A DNA stretch of 64,000 bases, from positions 6,552 through 70,551 of the forward strand of contig WREI01000003.1 of NCBI GenBank assembly GCA_009779405.1, in the 5' to 3' direction. The notes under the pieces are model-generated. The model made no database searches and was not told the origin of the DNA. It saw nothing but the letters and a program-made list of their open reading frames with translations. Origin of the DNA: Clostridiales bacterium. Lineage in GTDB: Bacteria; Bacillota; Clostridia; Christensenellales; CAG-138. A program made the translations under genes and the position numbers. Below are positions 63,534 to 64,000 of the stretch, one piece after another. The stretch's first letter is position 1; each line of letters opens with the position of its first letter.

Positions 63534-64000
63534 ATGATTGCAAGAAAACTGGTTGCTGAATTAAAGAAAGTTGTGGTGTCACAGGGATATGAGTTTATTG
63601 AGTTTGATAATTCTCATGAGTATAGTGCAAGTGATAGCTGCAAGCGCTCTGGATATTTTTTCTATACGGACTCAATCTCTGCTTTTATCAGCGTATGCAA
63701 TGTAAAAAAAGTTACTACAAGTATAGCGACAGCAATACGAGGATTTCCTTTGTTGCAACTTACAATACGAGGAAGCTCCTGCGATTTGGCTTGGATTTCA
63801 GAATTATGGGGTATAAAGAGCCTGAGTATAGTCGATACAGATTATGAAGCGTTACCTGATGGTTTTGCTAAGCTTAAAAGACTTTCAATACTGTGTCTAT
63901 GGGAAAGCGGCCTTTCCTCTCTTCCAATAGTTGTAAGAGAAATGGTGGGCATAGAGCGCATAGTGATTTACTCCCCATCCAAAATTTTTCATCTGCCCAA
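63534..64000 (+). CDS. Leucine-rich-repeat protein, 3'-truncated by the window edge
   Basis: The ATG follows GGGAGGGG. A possible promoter is TTGACT-17-TATAAG at 63470-63498. The C-terminal part shows LRRs (LPDGFAKLKRLSILCLWESGLSSLP). The region is AT-rich. Confidence 0.55.
   Translation, partial: MIARKLVAELKKVVVSQGYEFIEFDNSHEYSASDSCKRSGYFFYTDSISAFISVCNVKKVTTSIATAIRGFPLLQLTIRGSSCDLAWISELWGIKSLSIVDTDYEALPDGFAKLKRLSILCLWESGLSSLPIVVREMVGIERIVIYSPSKIFHLP

Noticed and set aside
63197-63535. A 112-aa minus-strand ORF, and the overlapping 63135-63347 ORF with a faint HLSGTPATK resemblance to the tyrosine-recombinase HxLRHTFAT box.
   Set aside because: There is no RBS, the composition is unusual, and the resemblance is limited to a few residues in one frame. 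This is not enough to call an integrase remnant.
1-64000. A search for CRISPR arrays, rRNA genes, transposases, integrases, prophage modules, and toxin-antitoxin or known multi-gene defence systems other than the type III R-M pair.
   Set aside because: No regularly spaced repeats were seen. No rRNA-like conserved blocks were seen. No recognisable transposase, integrase, phage or toxin-antitoxin protein signatures appeared in any credible ORF.

Overview
This 64-kb window is chromosomal DNA from a high-G+C, endospore-forming Firmicute that looks Clostridia-like. Supporting signs are spoIIP, a spoIVFA/spoIVFB-like pair, a T-box leader and a Gram-positive ribosomal-protein operon layout. I read about 60 protein genes, one tRNA-Gly(UCC), a Phe T-box leader and an L10 leader. 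No rRNA, CRISPR array, transposase, integrase or prophage genes were seen.

Core content, left to right:
- SDR (partial), spoIIP, asd-dapA-dapB-dnaE, a BMP lipoprotein, deoD and rfbD.
- A long minus-strand gene string: ftsK-rimO-pgsA-[YcxB-like]-cinA-[type III mod-res]-mltG-[M23/spoIVFA-like]-spoIVFB.
- T-box::pheS-cca-pheT.
- A three-gene ABC-2 exporter.
- rpmG-[LRR lipoprotein]-secE-nusG-rplK-rplA.
- About 8 kb of non-ribosomal genes: a CPBP protease, two convergent ECF sigma/anti-sigma modules, ireB-ruvX-DUF1292 and a polysaccharide deacetylase.
- L10 leader-rplJ-rplL, then GH3, tRNA-Gly, alr, an ECF S component, a PstS-like protein, sdaAA, a PIG-L deacetylase, proS, and decarboxylase beta plus a tiny gamma subunit.

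Accessory material, AT-richer by eye:
- The type III R-M pair.
- The YcxB-like gene.
- Several leucine-rich-repeat surface proteins. One is split by a frameshift and flanked by a 36-nt duplication of a neighbouring gene end.
- A disrupted NTF2-type immunity-like lipoprotein.
- The right-hand window edge.

Most unusual signals:
- A roughly 350-bp hairpin-rich, ORF-less element bounded by 36-nt inverted repeats. It sits between two terminators in the gap between the convergent ECF modules.
- A CCA-adding enzyme gene embedded in the T-box-controlled pheST operon.
- Two N-terminal-dockerin proteins, one a catalytically dead 5'-nucleotidase/metallophosphatase homologue, next to tandem paralogous membrane proteins.
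- Accessory genes wedged into normally invariant ribosomal and sec gene strings.

I did not recognise a clear-cut new multi-gene defence or other system. The candidates above are leads, not demonstrated systems.
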